From Syntrophales bacterium (GTDB lineage: Bacteria > Desulfobacterota > Syntrophia > Syntrophales > PHBD01), in assembly GCA_963668175.1 (NCBI GenBank), contig OY764159.1, positions 1,728,001 to 1,792,000 of the forward strand: DNA of 64,000 nt, given 5' to 3'. Both the position numbers and the translations under genes were made by a program. Of this stretch, positions 1-9,499 are shown in pieces. A model generated the notes under the pieces. It was not told where the DNA came from. It saw nothing but the letters and a program-made list of their open reading frames with translations, and made no database searches. Position 1 is the first letter of the stretch. Each line of letters opens with the position of its first letter.

Positions 1-7
1 GCCGTTC

Positions 8-817
8 ATGGAAGAGCTGGACGCCGCCGGAAATCCCGCGAGCGAACTGGCCGCCTTCGGCGACTTCAGCCAACTGGCGAAATACGCCATGGTCGCGCGA
101 AGGGCCATGCACGAGGACGGCACCGGGCCGCACGTCTGGAAGGAGATCGCCATCGGCCAGCGCAAATGGGCCAATCTGAACCCGATCGCCGGCATGCACG
201 ATAAGCCCCTGACGGACGACGGCTACTGGAACGACCCGTTCGTGGCGGAGCCTTTCCGCATGCTGGATGCCGTTCCCGTCTCCGACTGCGGCCGGGCGGT
301 CGTGATCACCTCCGCGGAGCGGGCCAGGGACCTGAAAAATCCCCCGGTGCTCATCAGGGGCGTCGGCGAGTCGAATGCGTCCCTGTCGCCCTTCCGCCTC
401 AAGAACACGGACGACAGGAGCGCCGCGGCGATTGCCGGCGCGCAGGCCTTCTCTATGGCCGATTGCGGGCCGGGCGACGTGGACGCGTGCGAACTGTACG
501 ACTGCTTCACGTTCACTGTGGAGCATACCCTGCGGGACTGCGGCTTTTTCAGGCACGGCGAAAGTGCGGACTGGCTCCGGCGGGAACGCATCGGGCCGGG
601 AGGAAGCCTTCCGGTCAATACCTCAGGCGGCATGCTGTCGGAGGCCTACTGCATGGGCCTGACGCCGGTAAGCGAGGGCGCCATGCAGCTCATGGGGCGC
701 TGCGGCGGGCGCCAGCTCGGCGTGCTTCCGGGAACGAAAAAGCCCAGCCTTATTCTTTGCACCGACAACGGCGGCGTGCTGCAGAGCAACTGCACCATGA
801 TCCTGGAAAGGAGTTGA
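8..817 (+). CDS. Thiolase-like (SCP-x/lipid-transfer type) protein, probably 5'-truncated by the window edge
   Basis: Motifs ELYDCFT and LPVNTSGGMLSEAY; immediately followed by a DUF35 OB-fold gene, the usual partner. Confidence 0.85.
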   Translation: MEELDAAGNPASELAAFGDFSQLAKYAMVARRAMHEDGTGPHVWKEIAIGQRKWANLNPIAGMHDKPLTDDGYWNDPFVAEPFRMLDAVPVSDCGRAVVITSAERARDLKNPPVLIRGVGESNASLSPFRLKNTDDRSAAAIAGAQAFSMADCGPGDVDACELYDCFTFTVEHTLRDCGFFRHGESADWLRRERIGPGGSLPVNTSGGMLSEAYCMGLTPVSEGAMQLMGRCGGRQLGVLPGTKKPSLILCTDNGGVLQSNCTMILERS

Positions 818-821
818 CGCG

Positions 822-1253
822 ATGGACCCCGGGACCTGCTTCCCCCTTATGCCGAAAATCAGCGACGACACGGCCCCCTTCTGGCGGGGATGCAGGGAGC
901 GCCGCCTCCTGTTTCAGCGCTGTTCCGAATGCGGCCACATGCGTTATCCCGTGTCCGTCATTTGTCCCGAGTGCCACTCGGCCGCCTTTGAGTGGGTCGA
1001 AGCGAAAGGGGAGGGGCGCATCTATTCGTTCGTCGTCTTCCGTCGCGCCTTCCACCCGGCCATGGCCGGCCGGATTCCCTATGTCGTGGCCGTCGTCGAT
1101 CTCGACGAAGGGCCCTCGTTCCTGACGAACATTGTCGGAACCGATCCCGCGCTCATCCGCTGCGACCAGCGGGTCCGGCTGACATGGGAAAACATGGAAG
1201 ACGGGCTTGCCCTGCCGGTTTTCACAATCGCGGAAACCGGTGAAGCTGCGTGA
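822..1253 (+). CDS. Zn-ribbon/OB-fold DUF35 (ChsH2-like) protein
   Basis: CSECG...CPEC zinc ribbon, G.G.IYSF and PYVVAVVDLDEGP motifs. Confidence 0.9.
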   Translation: MDPGTCFPLMPKISDDTAPFWRGCRERRLLFQRCSECGHMRYPVSVICPECHSAAFEWVEAKGEGRIYSFVVFRRAFHPAMAGRIPYVVAVVDLDEGPSFLTNIVGTDPALIRCDQRVRLTWENMEDGLALPVFTIAETGEAA

Positions 1254-1307
1254 CGGCGCCGGGAAAACGGAGGCGGATTGATCGGGCTTTCGGCCCGCAT
1301 GCGGCTG

Positions 1308-2006
1308 TCAGCCGTTGGCATCCCTGAGGAAGGAAAGCACCTGCGCCATCAAGCCGTTGATCGCTTGATATCTTTCCGGGCTCGCGCCCAGGATATCCGC
1401 TTCTGTCTGGATAGAGTCCGCCTGAACAAGTTCGCTGCGGCAATTCCTTACAAGTTCCCGGGCCGAATCCGGCGTGGTTTCCAGGTGAAACTGCAAGCCG
1501 ATGACGGACCTGCCGTACTGGAACGCCTGGTTCCGGCAAACTTCGCTTTGTGCGAGATGGACGGCGCCTTGAGGCAGGTCGAAGGTCTCGCCGTGCCAGT
1601 GGAACACCTCGGCCGACACAGGGAAGCTGAAAATCGCTTTGCCCGTGGCCGGGATGCCCCGGATGGGAAACCAGCCGATTTCCTTCACCGCGTTTCTATA
1701 AACCCTTGTACCCAAACAATTTGCGATGAGCTGCGCGCCCAGGCAGACACCCAGGACGGGTTTCCCCGATTCGATGACGTTGCGGACGAACTGCTTCTCC
1801 CGGGCGAGCCAGGGGTATTCGTCCTCGTCGTTGACGCTCATGGGGCCGCCCATGATGACGAGGAAATCGATTTCGTCAGGGGAGGGCGGCTCCTCCGCTG
1901 CGAACAGCCGCGTCCGGGAAATCCGGTATCCGGCGGCTTCGAGCCAGGGCCCGATACTGCCGAGGCCTTCGAACGGGACGTGCTGCAGGCAGTGCGCTTT
2001 CATCAT
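1308..2006 (-). CDS. Type 1 glutamine amidotransferase (GMP-synthase-like)
   Basis: QHVPFEGLG, MGGPMSV, LGVCLGAQL (catalytic Cys), GLQFHLE; start trimmed to ATGATG at 2006. Confidence 0.9.
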   Translation of the reverse strand: MMKAHCLQHVPFEGLGSIGPWLEAAGYRISRTRLFAAEEPPSPDEIDFLVIMGGPMSVNDEDEYPWLAREKQFVRNVIESGKPVLGVCLGAQLIANCLGTRVYRNAVKEIGWFPIRGIPATGKAIFSFPVSAEVFHWHGETFDLPQGAVHLAQSEVCRNQAFQYGRSVIGLQFHLETTPDSARELVRNCRSELVQADSIQTEADILGASPERYQAINGLMAQVLSFLRDANG

Positions 2007-2029
2007 GTGTATCATCCCTGGAACATGCG

Positions 2030-3142
2030 CTATCGGGCCCGCTGCAGCTGTTCCCAGTGCAGGTTGGAGCCGATGTTCGGGTTGTCGCTCGCTCTTTCGG
2101 TGAAATAGTATTCGCCCAGGCCGTTCGACCAGGCATGGCCGCCGGTCGGCAGTTCCACCTCTCTCCCGGCACGCTCGTCGTAATACCGGTCCACGCCGCG
2201 GATCGTGTCGCTCTGCATCCGGCCGATCCGGTCGTAGGTCTTCTGCTTGGCCTCCCAACTGCGCTGCTGGTCCTCTCGCAACTTGCTCCCGGCCTTGGAT
2301 ATCATGTCCCCGATGCGCCCGATCCTGACCGTCTTTTCAATCTCCTGCTTGGACAACATCTCCTTGACGTTCGCGACCTTGGCGAACCAGGCCGGATTGA
2401 GCTTCACGGAATAGATTATCGTCTGGAAGCGCCCGGCGTTGGCGTCGAGCTTCCCCTTTTCCGCCCGGAAGGAAAAGACGTGGTCGATGTACCAGAAATT
2501 GATGAAGTCGGTCCGGGAGGTGTTGACGACGAACTGGCTGACCGCCGCGTAAATCTCCTCCTCCATAGCTCTGCCGTTCTGCCGGTATTCGATCCTCACC
2601 TTGCCCGCCTTGGCCAAGGCCTGGACGCCGCGCGCGGGCTCGCCTCTGGCGAGGGTTTCCAACTGCGGGACGTCCTTTTCGGATATCGTCCTTACGTCCT
2701 GGATGTTCTTCCGCGCGGAGGGGATCACGACGCTGTTGAAGGCCGTTCGCAGGCCGACCGGCTGGGCGACGACGGAGCCGTACATCAGGGAGCCGGGCGG
2801 CTTCAGGGAAAGGGTCTGCCGGTTGCTCGTCCAGAAATAGGTGTGCGTCGGAAAGAAGTTGAGTTCCTCCGAGCCGTTCGGGTTATAGAAGCGGAAACGG
2901 ACCTGGATGGGGAGGGCGGGCGTCATCGACCACCGGACGGAACCCTCGACCCGCCAGTCCCTCGGGATCAGCAGGCGGAAGACCTCCAGCCCACACGCGG
3001 GATCGGTGTATTTGTACGTCACGAACGACTGTGCGCCGCCGCTGGGCGTCGCTGCGGATGCGGCCTGCGGCGCGCCGGCAGAGAGCAGACAGACCGCCGT
3101 GAGAATGACGAAGACGTGAAAAGACGAAATGGTTCTGCGCAT
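2030..3142 (-). CDS. Hypothetical secreted protein
   Basis: Long ORF with signal-peptide-like N-terminus MRRTISSFHVFVILTAVCLLSAGAPQAASA and GGGAGG RBS upstream. Confidence 0.7.
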   Translation of the reverse strand: MRRTISSFHVFVILTAVCLLSAGAPQAASAATPSGGAQSFVTYKYTDPACGLEVFRLLIPRDWRVEGSVRWSMTPALPIQVRFRFYNPNGSEELNFFPTHTYFWTSNRQTLSLKPPGSLMYGSVVAQPVGLRTAFNSVVIPSARKNIQDVRTISEKDVPQLETLARGEPARGVQALAKAGKVRIEYRQNGRAMEEEIYAAVSQFVVNTSRTDFINFWYIDHVFSFRAEKGKLDANAGRFQTIIYSVKLNPAWFAKVANVKEMLSKQEIEKTVRIGRIGDMISKAGSKLREDQQRSWEAKQKTYDRIGRMQSDTIRGVDRYYDERAGREVELPTGGHAWSNGLGEYYFTERASDNPNIGSNLHWEQLQRAR

Positions 3143-3312
3143 GAGCGACCTCCCGGAATATGCCTTCACGCCGCCGGTATGCATGGCGCACGCGTAACTG
3201 CGGCGGAATTTGTACCACAAGTTCCGCCGGAGGTCACCTCTGTTTTGAGGATTTCCGGTTTTGCCGCCGTGAGAAGCGGAGGAGAAAGCGGCGGGCAGCG
3301 GTTTCGGTCGGT

Positions 3313-3651
3313 CTACTTATTCTTCTTCGAATCGGGCGGCAGGAACATGGAAAACGGCTTCAGGAGCGCCTTCAACTGATCGGCGATGAGGTTCTGCATC
3401 CCGCCTACCATGTTGGAATAGACGTTGCCCGGCAGGGTCCCCTCGAACTCCTCCGACTCAAATTTGCCGTTCTCGAAGCTCTTCTTTTTCGCCCTCACGC
3501 GGGTGTTGACGCCGTCGGAGGAAATTTCCTTATACGAATACCGGAAGCTGACGAAGGGAAACGGATTCGGCGTATCGTCGACGATCTCAACGTCACGGCC
3601 GTTCCTTCCGGCAACCTCGCCCTTGTCTTTTTTCACAATATCTTTGCTCAT
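3313..3651 (-). CDS. Hypothetical protein
   Basis: ORF MSKDIVKKDKGE... with natural composition, co-oriented with its neighbours. Confidence 0.6.
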   Translation of the reverse strand: MSKDIVKKDKGEVAGRNGRDVEIVDDTPNPFPFVSFRYSYKEISSDGVNTRVRAKKKSFENGKFESEEFEGTLPGNVYSNMVGGMQNLIADQLKALLKPFSMFLPPDSKKNK

Positions 3652-3973
3652 AATTCCCTGCTCCACAGATAGGAAAATCGTGCGGACAATCTAGAACGGA
3701 AGAGAGACTTTTGCAACGGTTTTTGAAGGAGGGCAGGCGGGATCGTTGGGATGTCGTTGCTGAGGAATAGTTCGGAAAAAATATAACGAACATAAGAAGC
3801 GAAAATTCGCATGCCATTCCATTCCCAATGCGATACAGAAATCAGTATCCCCTTTTCTGGCAAGGAAATGATATCCTTGGATTCATGCGATTGCTCCACA
3901 GAAAATCAACCGGCTTTGACAGGTGATTCTAAAGATGCATGATGGCGACGACATGAGGATGATCTGAGGACAG

Positions 3974-4117
3974 TTATTGTTTTGGTATGTCACTGAAAAA
4001 GAACACATAGATAATCATCGAAATTCCGATCAGTAAGACGATATTTTTTGGATTTCTTAATAAACGGATTATAAATTTGTAGAAATCATAAATCTCTTTT
4101 CCGACTGAATTCGACAT
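3974..4117 (-). CDS. Small putative membrane protein (47 aa)
   Basis: GAGAGG RBS then MSNSVGKEIYDF...IVLLIGISMIIYVFFF (one TM segment) in an AT-rich patch. Confidence 0.4.
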   Translation of the reverse strand: MSNSVGKEIYDFYKFIIRLLRNPKNIVLLIGISMIIYVFFFSDIPKQ

Positions 4118-4726
4118 ATTCGCCTCTCTTCGAATTATAGTATAGAATATGTACAATCATTTATTTATTATATGTATTGTAGATTATAATATCAAGAAAA
4201 ATATGATAAAAAAGGAGCGCCTCCATCATCCTCTTTCCTGTAATCCGTTCGCCGGTTCTCGATTACCGGTCGGTTTCAGACCATTTATGATTTTCTTGCC
4301 GAATATTCATCGATCATGTGACCGTTCAAGGCGCGTAGCTAATGCATAACCGGCAGCTGATGCGTTTGATACCCATCCGCTTTTTCCTCCGTGTAATGCC
4401 TCGTTTTTTCACGCAAAACGCGGTCACCGCTCCCCTATTTTTTCATATGAAAGACGTTCCTCCCTTCATCGGTTGCCGGGAAAGCGGAGTTACGCCCCAT
4501 CGGTTGACTTTTCCCCGCATGGTTGCTATATTCCTGAAACGGATACCTTTATCGGCCGGTTGTGTCGCGCCCGCAGGGATGGCGAAAAAATCTTTTGTGC
4601 GTCGAGGCAGTGTGGCGGTATCCTTGAGAGGCGAGATCGTTGCGGAAAGACGGACGATAAACCAGCAGCGGTAAGCCCCGCGTAGTTTCGGCCTTTCCAT
4701 ACGGCAGTTCATTCGGGCCATGAACC

Positions 4727-4885
4727 TTAACTGCTTGTTGAAAAACTCGATTTTGAACAAGCTGTTCAAAAATGTCCAGATGTAAGGCGCGCAAAAGCTG
4801 AGGAAAGAGGCATACATAGAAGTATGTCGATTGACGAGGCTTGCAGCGCAACGCAACAGATGGGCGTTTTTCAACAGCCTGTTAA
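4727..4885. mobile_element. MITE-like non-autonomous element
   Basis: Ends TTAACTGCTTGTTGAAAAAC and GTTTTTCAACAGCCTGTTAA form a 17/20 inverted repeat with TTAA at both ends; internal second IR copy AAGCTGTTCAAAAA at 4759; no transposase. Confidence 0.65.
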
Positions 4886-5008
4886 ACGTCGGCGGCAGGG
4901 GAATTTCCCCGCACCCCGCCGGGAGAACCATCGGGGGTCGGCCGCCGGGTTGACCCTTTTTTTGTAAGTTTTGACGGCAGCAGAAGAGAAGACGGAGAAG
5001 ATTTCAAC

Positions 5009-5881
5009 ATGAAGTACGAAGGCATGATCATCAGGCCCCCCAGCGAGGCAGACAGCCTGCTTATACAGGTCACCGTGGGGTGCTCCAACAACAAGTGCAC
5101 CTTTTGTCCAACCTACAAGGAGAAAAAATTCCGCATCAAGGACGACGAGGAGATCGCCGAGGACATCCGGGAGGCAAGCCGCTACGGCCGCATCCCGCGG
5201 GTCTTCCTCTGCGACGGCGACGCCCTCATCATCCCCCAGAAGAGGCTCGTCGGCATCCTGGGCGCCATCGGCGCGAAGATCAAGGGCGTCGAGCGCATCG
5301 GCACCTACGCCAACGCCAAGAGCATCCTGAAGAAAACGCCGGAAGAACTGGTCCGCCTGCGGGAGCTGGGACTCGGGATTGTCTACATGGGCGTCGAGAC
5401 GGGGAATGAAGAGTTGCTTACCGCCATCAACAAGAAGACTGATTTCGGCAAGCTCGTCGAGGCGGGACGGCGTGTGAAGGAGGCGGGCATCACGCTTTCG
5501 GTCACGGTCCTGCTCGGCATCGGCGGCATCGAGAAGTCCGTCCAGCATGCCCTCGACACGGCGAAGGTCCTCACGGCAATCGACCCGGACTACGTCGGGG
5601 CGCTCACCGTCATGGTGGTGCCCGGCACGCCGCTCCACGACGAAATGCTCGCCGGGCGCTTCGTCCTGCCCGACACCTTCGGGTTCCTCAAGGAGTTGGA
5701 GCTGATGATCGCCCATTCCGATTTCACGCACTGCTTCTTCACGGCCAACCACGCCTCCAATTATCTGCCGATCAGGGCGTGGATGCCGGAAGAGAAGGAA
5801 GAGACGCTGCGCCGCATACGCGAAGTCATTGCCAACCGCGACAAATCGAGGCTCAGGCCGGAATTCATGCGGGGGCTGTAA
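5009..5881 (+). CDS. Radical SAM protein
   Basis: RPPSEA..L..QVTVGCSNNKCTFC (CxxxCxxC), VFLCDGDA, NHASNYL. Confidence 0.9.
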   Translation: MKYEGMIIRPPSEADSLLIQVTVGCSNNKCTFCPTYKEKKFRIKDDEEIAEDIREASRYGRIPRVFLCDGDALIIPQKRLVGILGAIGAKIKGVERIGTYANAKSILKKTPEELVRLRELGLGIVYMGVETGNEELLTAINKKTDFGKLVEAGRRVKEAGITLSVTVLLGIGGIEKSVQHALDTAKVLTAIDPDYVGALTVMVVPGTPLHDEMLAGRFVLPDTFGFLKELELMIAHSDFTHCFFTANHASNYLPIRAWMPEEKEETLRRIREVIANRDKSRLRPEFMRGL

Positions 5882-5891
5882 CGGGGGGATC

Positions 5892-6722
5892 GTGAAAAGC
5901 AAGGTAACCTCATTCTTCAAGTCCATTCTGCCCGTCAAGGACCAGACCCAGCTCGAAAAGGAAATCCAGTCGATCATCGACGACGGCGAGGAGAAGGGCC
6001 TCCTCGACGCCCAGTCGGGCGAGATGATCCAGTCGATCCTCGACTTCCGGGACACGGTCGTCCGGGAGGTCATGGTCCCGCGGACGGAGATCGTCGCCGC
6101 CCGGATCGACTCCGCCATCGAGGAGATCCTCGACCTCATCATCCGTTCCGGCCATACGCGCATCCCCGTCTATACCGAAAGCGTGGACAACATCATCGGC
6201 ATCCTGAACGTCAAGGACCTCGTCAAGTACTGGTCCAAACCGGTGACCGAAAGCGACATCACGGCGATCCTCCGCAAGCCCTACTACATCCCCGAAACGA
6301 AGAACACCCACCTGCTGCTCCATGAGCTCAAGGTCCAGAAGCACCACATGGCCATCGTCATCGACGAGTACGGCGGGACATCGGGGCTTGTCACATTGGA
6401 AGACCTGATCGAGGAGATCGTCGGCGACATCCGCGACGAACACGAAGAGCAGCGCGACGACCTGGTCGACCTGCCCGACGGCTACACGCTGGCGGACGGA
6501 CGCATCGAGATCGAAGAGCTGGAAAGGCGTTTCGACGTCGCCTTCGAGGAAGGGAAGTACGAAACCCTCGGGGGGCTGATCCTCCACGAGACCATGAAGA
6601 TACCGGTTACGGGCGAGCGGTTCGAGATCGGCGGCTTCGAGATGGCAATCGAGGAGGCCGACGAACGGAGCATCAAGAAAGTCAAGCTGCGAAAATTGGG
6701 ACGGGAAGCAGGGAAGGAATGA
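5892..6722 (+). CDS. corC: CBS-domain HlyC/CorC family Mg/Co transport protein
   Basis: [43 protein letters not shown]; sits upstream of lnt as is typical; GTG start inferred. Confidence 0.85.
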   Translation: MKSKVTSFFKSILPVKDQTQLEKEIQSIIDDGEEKGLLDAQSGEMIQSILDFRDTVVREVMVPRTEIVAARIDSAIEEILDLIIRSGHTRIPVYTESVDNIIGILNVKDLVKYWSKPVTESDITAILRKPYYIPETKNTHLLLHELKVQKHHMAIVIDEYGGTSGLVTLEDLIEEIVGDIRDEHEEQRDDLVDLPDGYTLADGRIEIEELERRFDVAFEEGKYETLGGLILHETMKIPVTGERFEIGGFEMAIEEADERSIKKVKLRKLGREAGKE

Positions 6723-8263
6723 GCATGCCCCGGAGGCATCTGGACCTAAAATGGCTCTATGCCCTGGCATCGGGAATCCTCCTGGCCCTCTCCTTTCCCA
6801 AGTACGGCGCGGGTTTCGTCGCCTGGATCGCCCTGGTGCCGCTCCTGCGGGCCGTCACGGACGGGGAAGTTGAAGCGAAAAAAGGCTTTCTCCTGGGGCT
6901 CGTTTCCGGGTTCGCCGCCTATGTCGGCATCATCTACTGGATCACCTACGTCGTCGTCCATTACGGGTATCTCCCCTACTGGATGGGCGTGGGGGCCACC
7001 GTTCTCTTGTCGCTCTATCTCGCCGTCTATGTCGGTCTTTTTGCCGCGGGCGTCGCCGTATTGAAAAAGAGGGGCATCCCGTCGGTCCTGGCCGCGCCGG
7101 TCCTGTGGACGAGCCTCGAATACGCCAAATCGGTCCTCTTTACGGGCTTCCCCTGGGAAAACCTCGGTTATTCACAGTATTTGAACATCAACCTGATCCA
7201 GATCGCCGACATCGCGGGTGTGCCGGGCATCACCTTCCTGATCGTCCTTACGAACGCCGTTCTCGCCGATCTGCCCGAAATGAAGACAGACAAAAAAAGG
7301 GTGACGGCCGAGTTCATCATCGCCGTCGTCCTGATCGCCGCCGCCAACGTCTACGGCTACTTTCGCCTCAACCAGATCGAAAAGGCGATGGAAAAGGCGG
7401 AATCCATGGACGTTTCGCTCATCCAAGGCAACATCGAGCAGGACGTCAAGTGGAACCCCGCCTACCAGAAGGGGACCATCGACATTTACAGAAAATTCTC
7501 CCTGACGGACCCGCCGAATGGCGGGCTTATCGTCTGGCCGGAGACGGCGGCGCCGTTCTTCTACCAGGACCCGGGCGAAATGCGCGACGCGGTGACGGAC
7601 GTCGCAAAGGCGACGGGCAGCATGCTCCTCTTCGGGAGCCCCGCCTATAAGCGACGGGACGGCGAAATATACCTGTCGAACAGCGCCTATCTCCTGTCTG
7701 CCGCGGGGGAAACGATAGGCCGGTACAACAAGGTCCACCTGGTCCCTTTCGGGGAGTACGTCCCCCTCCGGAATCTGCTGCCCTTCATGAGCAAGCTCGT
7801 GGCCGGCATCGGCGATTTCGAGTCCGGGCCGGGGTTCGTGCCCGTCGCCGCGGGCAGGCACAAATTGGGCATCCTCGTCTGCTATGAGGGCATACTGGCC
7901 GAGGCCGGCCGAGACTACAAGCGCGGCGGCGCCGATCTTCTCGTCAACGTAACGAACGACGCCTGGTTCGGCAAGACGTCGGCCCCTTACCAGCACCTGT
8001 CCATGGCTGCGCTCCGCGCCGTGGAGACGCGGCTCTACCTCGTCCGGGCGGCCAACACGGGCATCAGCGCCGTGATCGACCCCGCCGGGCGCATCGTCGG
8101 CCGGACGCCCATTTTCGAGCGGTGCCAGCTGCCGGGAAAAATTAAATTCATTGACGAGGCGACCCTTTATGGGGCATATGGGGACGTTTTCGTCTATCTG
8201 AACATGATCATGATGACGGCCATGATCGGATATGCCGTCAAAAAAGGAGGCAAACATGCTTGA
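6719..8263 (+). CDS. lnt: Apolipoprotein N-acyltransferase
   Basis: TM N-terminus, GFPW, QGNI, WPETA, YNKVHLVPFGEY, CYE, TNDAWFG, RAANTGIS. Confidence 0.95.
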   Translation: MSMPRRHLDLKWLYALASGILLALSFPKYGAGFVAWIALVPLLRAVTDGEVEAKKGFLLGLVSGFAAYVGIIYWITYVVVHYGYLPYWMGVGATVLLSLYLAVYVGLFAAGVAVLKKRGIPSVLAAPVLWTSLEYAKSVLFTGFPWENLGYSQYLNINLIQIADIAGVPGITFLIVLTNAVLADLPEMKTDKKRVTAEFIIAVVLIAAANVYGYFRLNQIEKAMEKAESMDVSLIQGNIEQDVKWNPAYQKGTIDIYRKFSLTDPPNGGLIVWPETAAPFFYQDPGEMRDAVTDVAKATGSMLLFGSPAYKRRDGEIYLSNSAYLLSAAGETIGRYNKVHLVPFGEYVPLRNLLPFMSKLVAGIGDFESGPGFVPVAAGRHKLGILVCYEGILAEAGRDYKRGGADLLVNVTNDAWFGKTSAPYQHLSMAALRAVETRLYLVRAANTGISAVIDPAGRIVGRTPIFERCQLPGKIKFIDEATLYGAYGDVFVYLNMIMMTAMIGYAVKKGGKHA

Positions 8264-9363
8264 AAATGTGACCGAAATCCTGAGCGATCTGGAGAAGAGA
8301 ATCCTGCACGTCGGAGACTGCCTTTGACATCCCCGGCAAGCAGACCGAAATAGACAAGCTCGACGCCCTCTCCCAGAAGGAGGACTTCTGGAACGATGCC
8401 GAAACGGCCAGGGACGTCCTCCGCAGGAAGACCAAACTAGCGACCGTAGCGGACAACTGGAAAAAACTCAAACAATCCCTGGACGATGTGAATGTTCTCT
8501 ACGAGTTGGCCTCCGAGGAGGGCGACGAGGAGAGCATGGCCGAGGTCGAGAAGGAACTGACGACGCTCCAGGCCTCCGTCCGGAACGAGGAGCTTCGCCT
8601 CATGCTCGGCGCCGAGCAGGACGTCCTGAACGCCATCATGGCGATCAACGCCGGGGCGGGCGGCACCGAGGCCCAGGACTGGGTCGAGATGCTCATGCGC
8701 ATGTACCTCCGTTGGGCCGAGAGAAAAGGCTACAAGACCAATATCATTGACTTCCAGCCGGGGGACGAGGCCGGTGTCAAGAGCGTATCGTTCACCCTCG
8801 AAGGCGATTACGCCTACGGGTTCGCCAAGGCCGAAACGGGCATCCACCGGCTCGTCCGGATATCGCCTTTCGACGCCGGCGGCCGCCGCCACACCTCCTT
8901 CGCCTCGGTCTTCACCTACCCGGAGGTCAACGACGAAATCGTCATCGATATCGACGAAAACGATCTAAGAATAGATACTTACAGGTCTACAGGGGCCGGC
9001 GGCCAGCATGTCAACAAGACCGACTCGGCAGTCCGCCTGACCCACCTGCCGACGGGCATCGTCGTCCAGTGCCAGAACGAACGGTCCCAGCACAAGAACA
9101 AGTCCATGGCGATGAAATATCTCCGGTCGCGCCTTTACGAACTGAAACTGAAGGAACAGAACGAAAAACTGGAGGCGATGAACAAGACCAAGAAGGATAT
9201 CGCCTGGGGGAGCCAGATCCGGTCTTACGTCCTGCATCCCTATAAGATGGTCAAGGACCATCGCACGAACCTCGAAATCGGCAACGCCGGACGCGTGCTC
9301 GACGGCGATATCGACGATTTAATCGAGGCTTACCTGCTCGCCGCATCATCCGACAAGCCCTGA
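8256..9363 (+). CDS. prfB: Peptide chain release factor 2, with programmed +1 frameshift at 8322-8328
   Basis: AGGAGG RBS, ATG 8256, codon 23 CTT then TGA C; the +1 frame continues into RLVRISPF, GAGGQHVN and WGSQIRSY. Confidence 0.95.
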
Positions 9364-9499
9364 TGAGCGTTTTTTTCTAGGGATATCGGGAAAGATGTGT
9401 TATACGCACGGGGAACTCAACCCGAACATCATCATCCCGGCCCAAAAATTCAGTAGGGACAGTTGCATGCGGCCGGGACTTGGCAAGGAGACATGAACC

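Noticed and set aside
4443..4931. 162-aa ORF and overlapping short ORFs
   Set aside because: They are translations through the MITE-like repeat and hairpins and carry no protein motifs.
9436..9480. Possible riboswitch upstream of mltD (TCCCGGCC...GGCCGGGA stem)
   Set aside because: A single stem only; I could not identify c-di-GMP or c-di-AMP riboswitch consensus elements.
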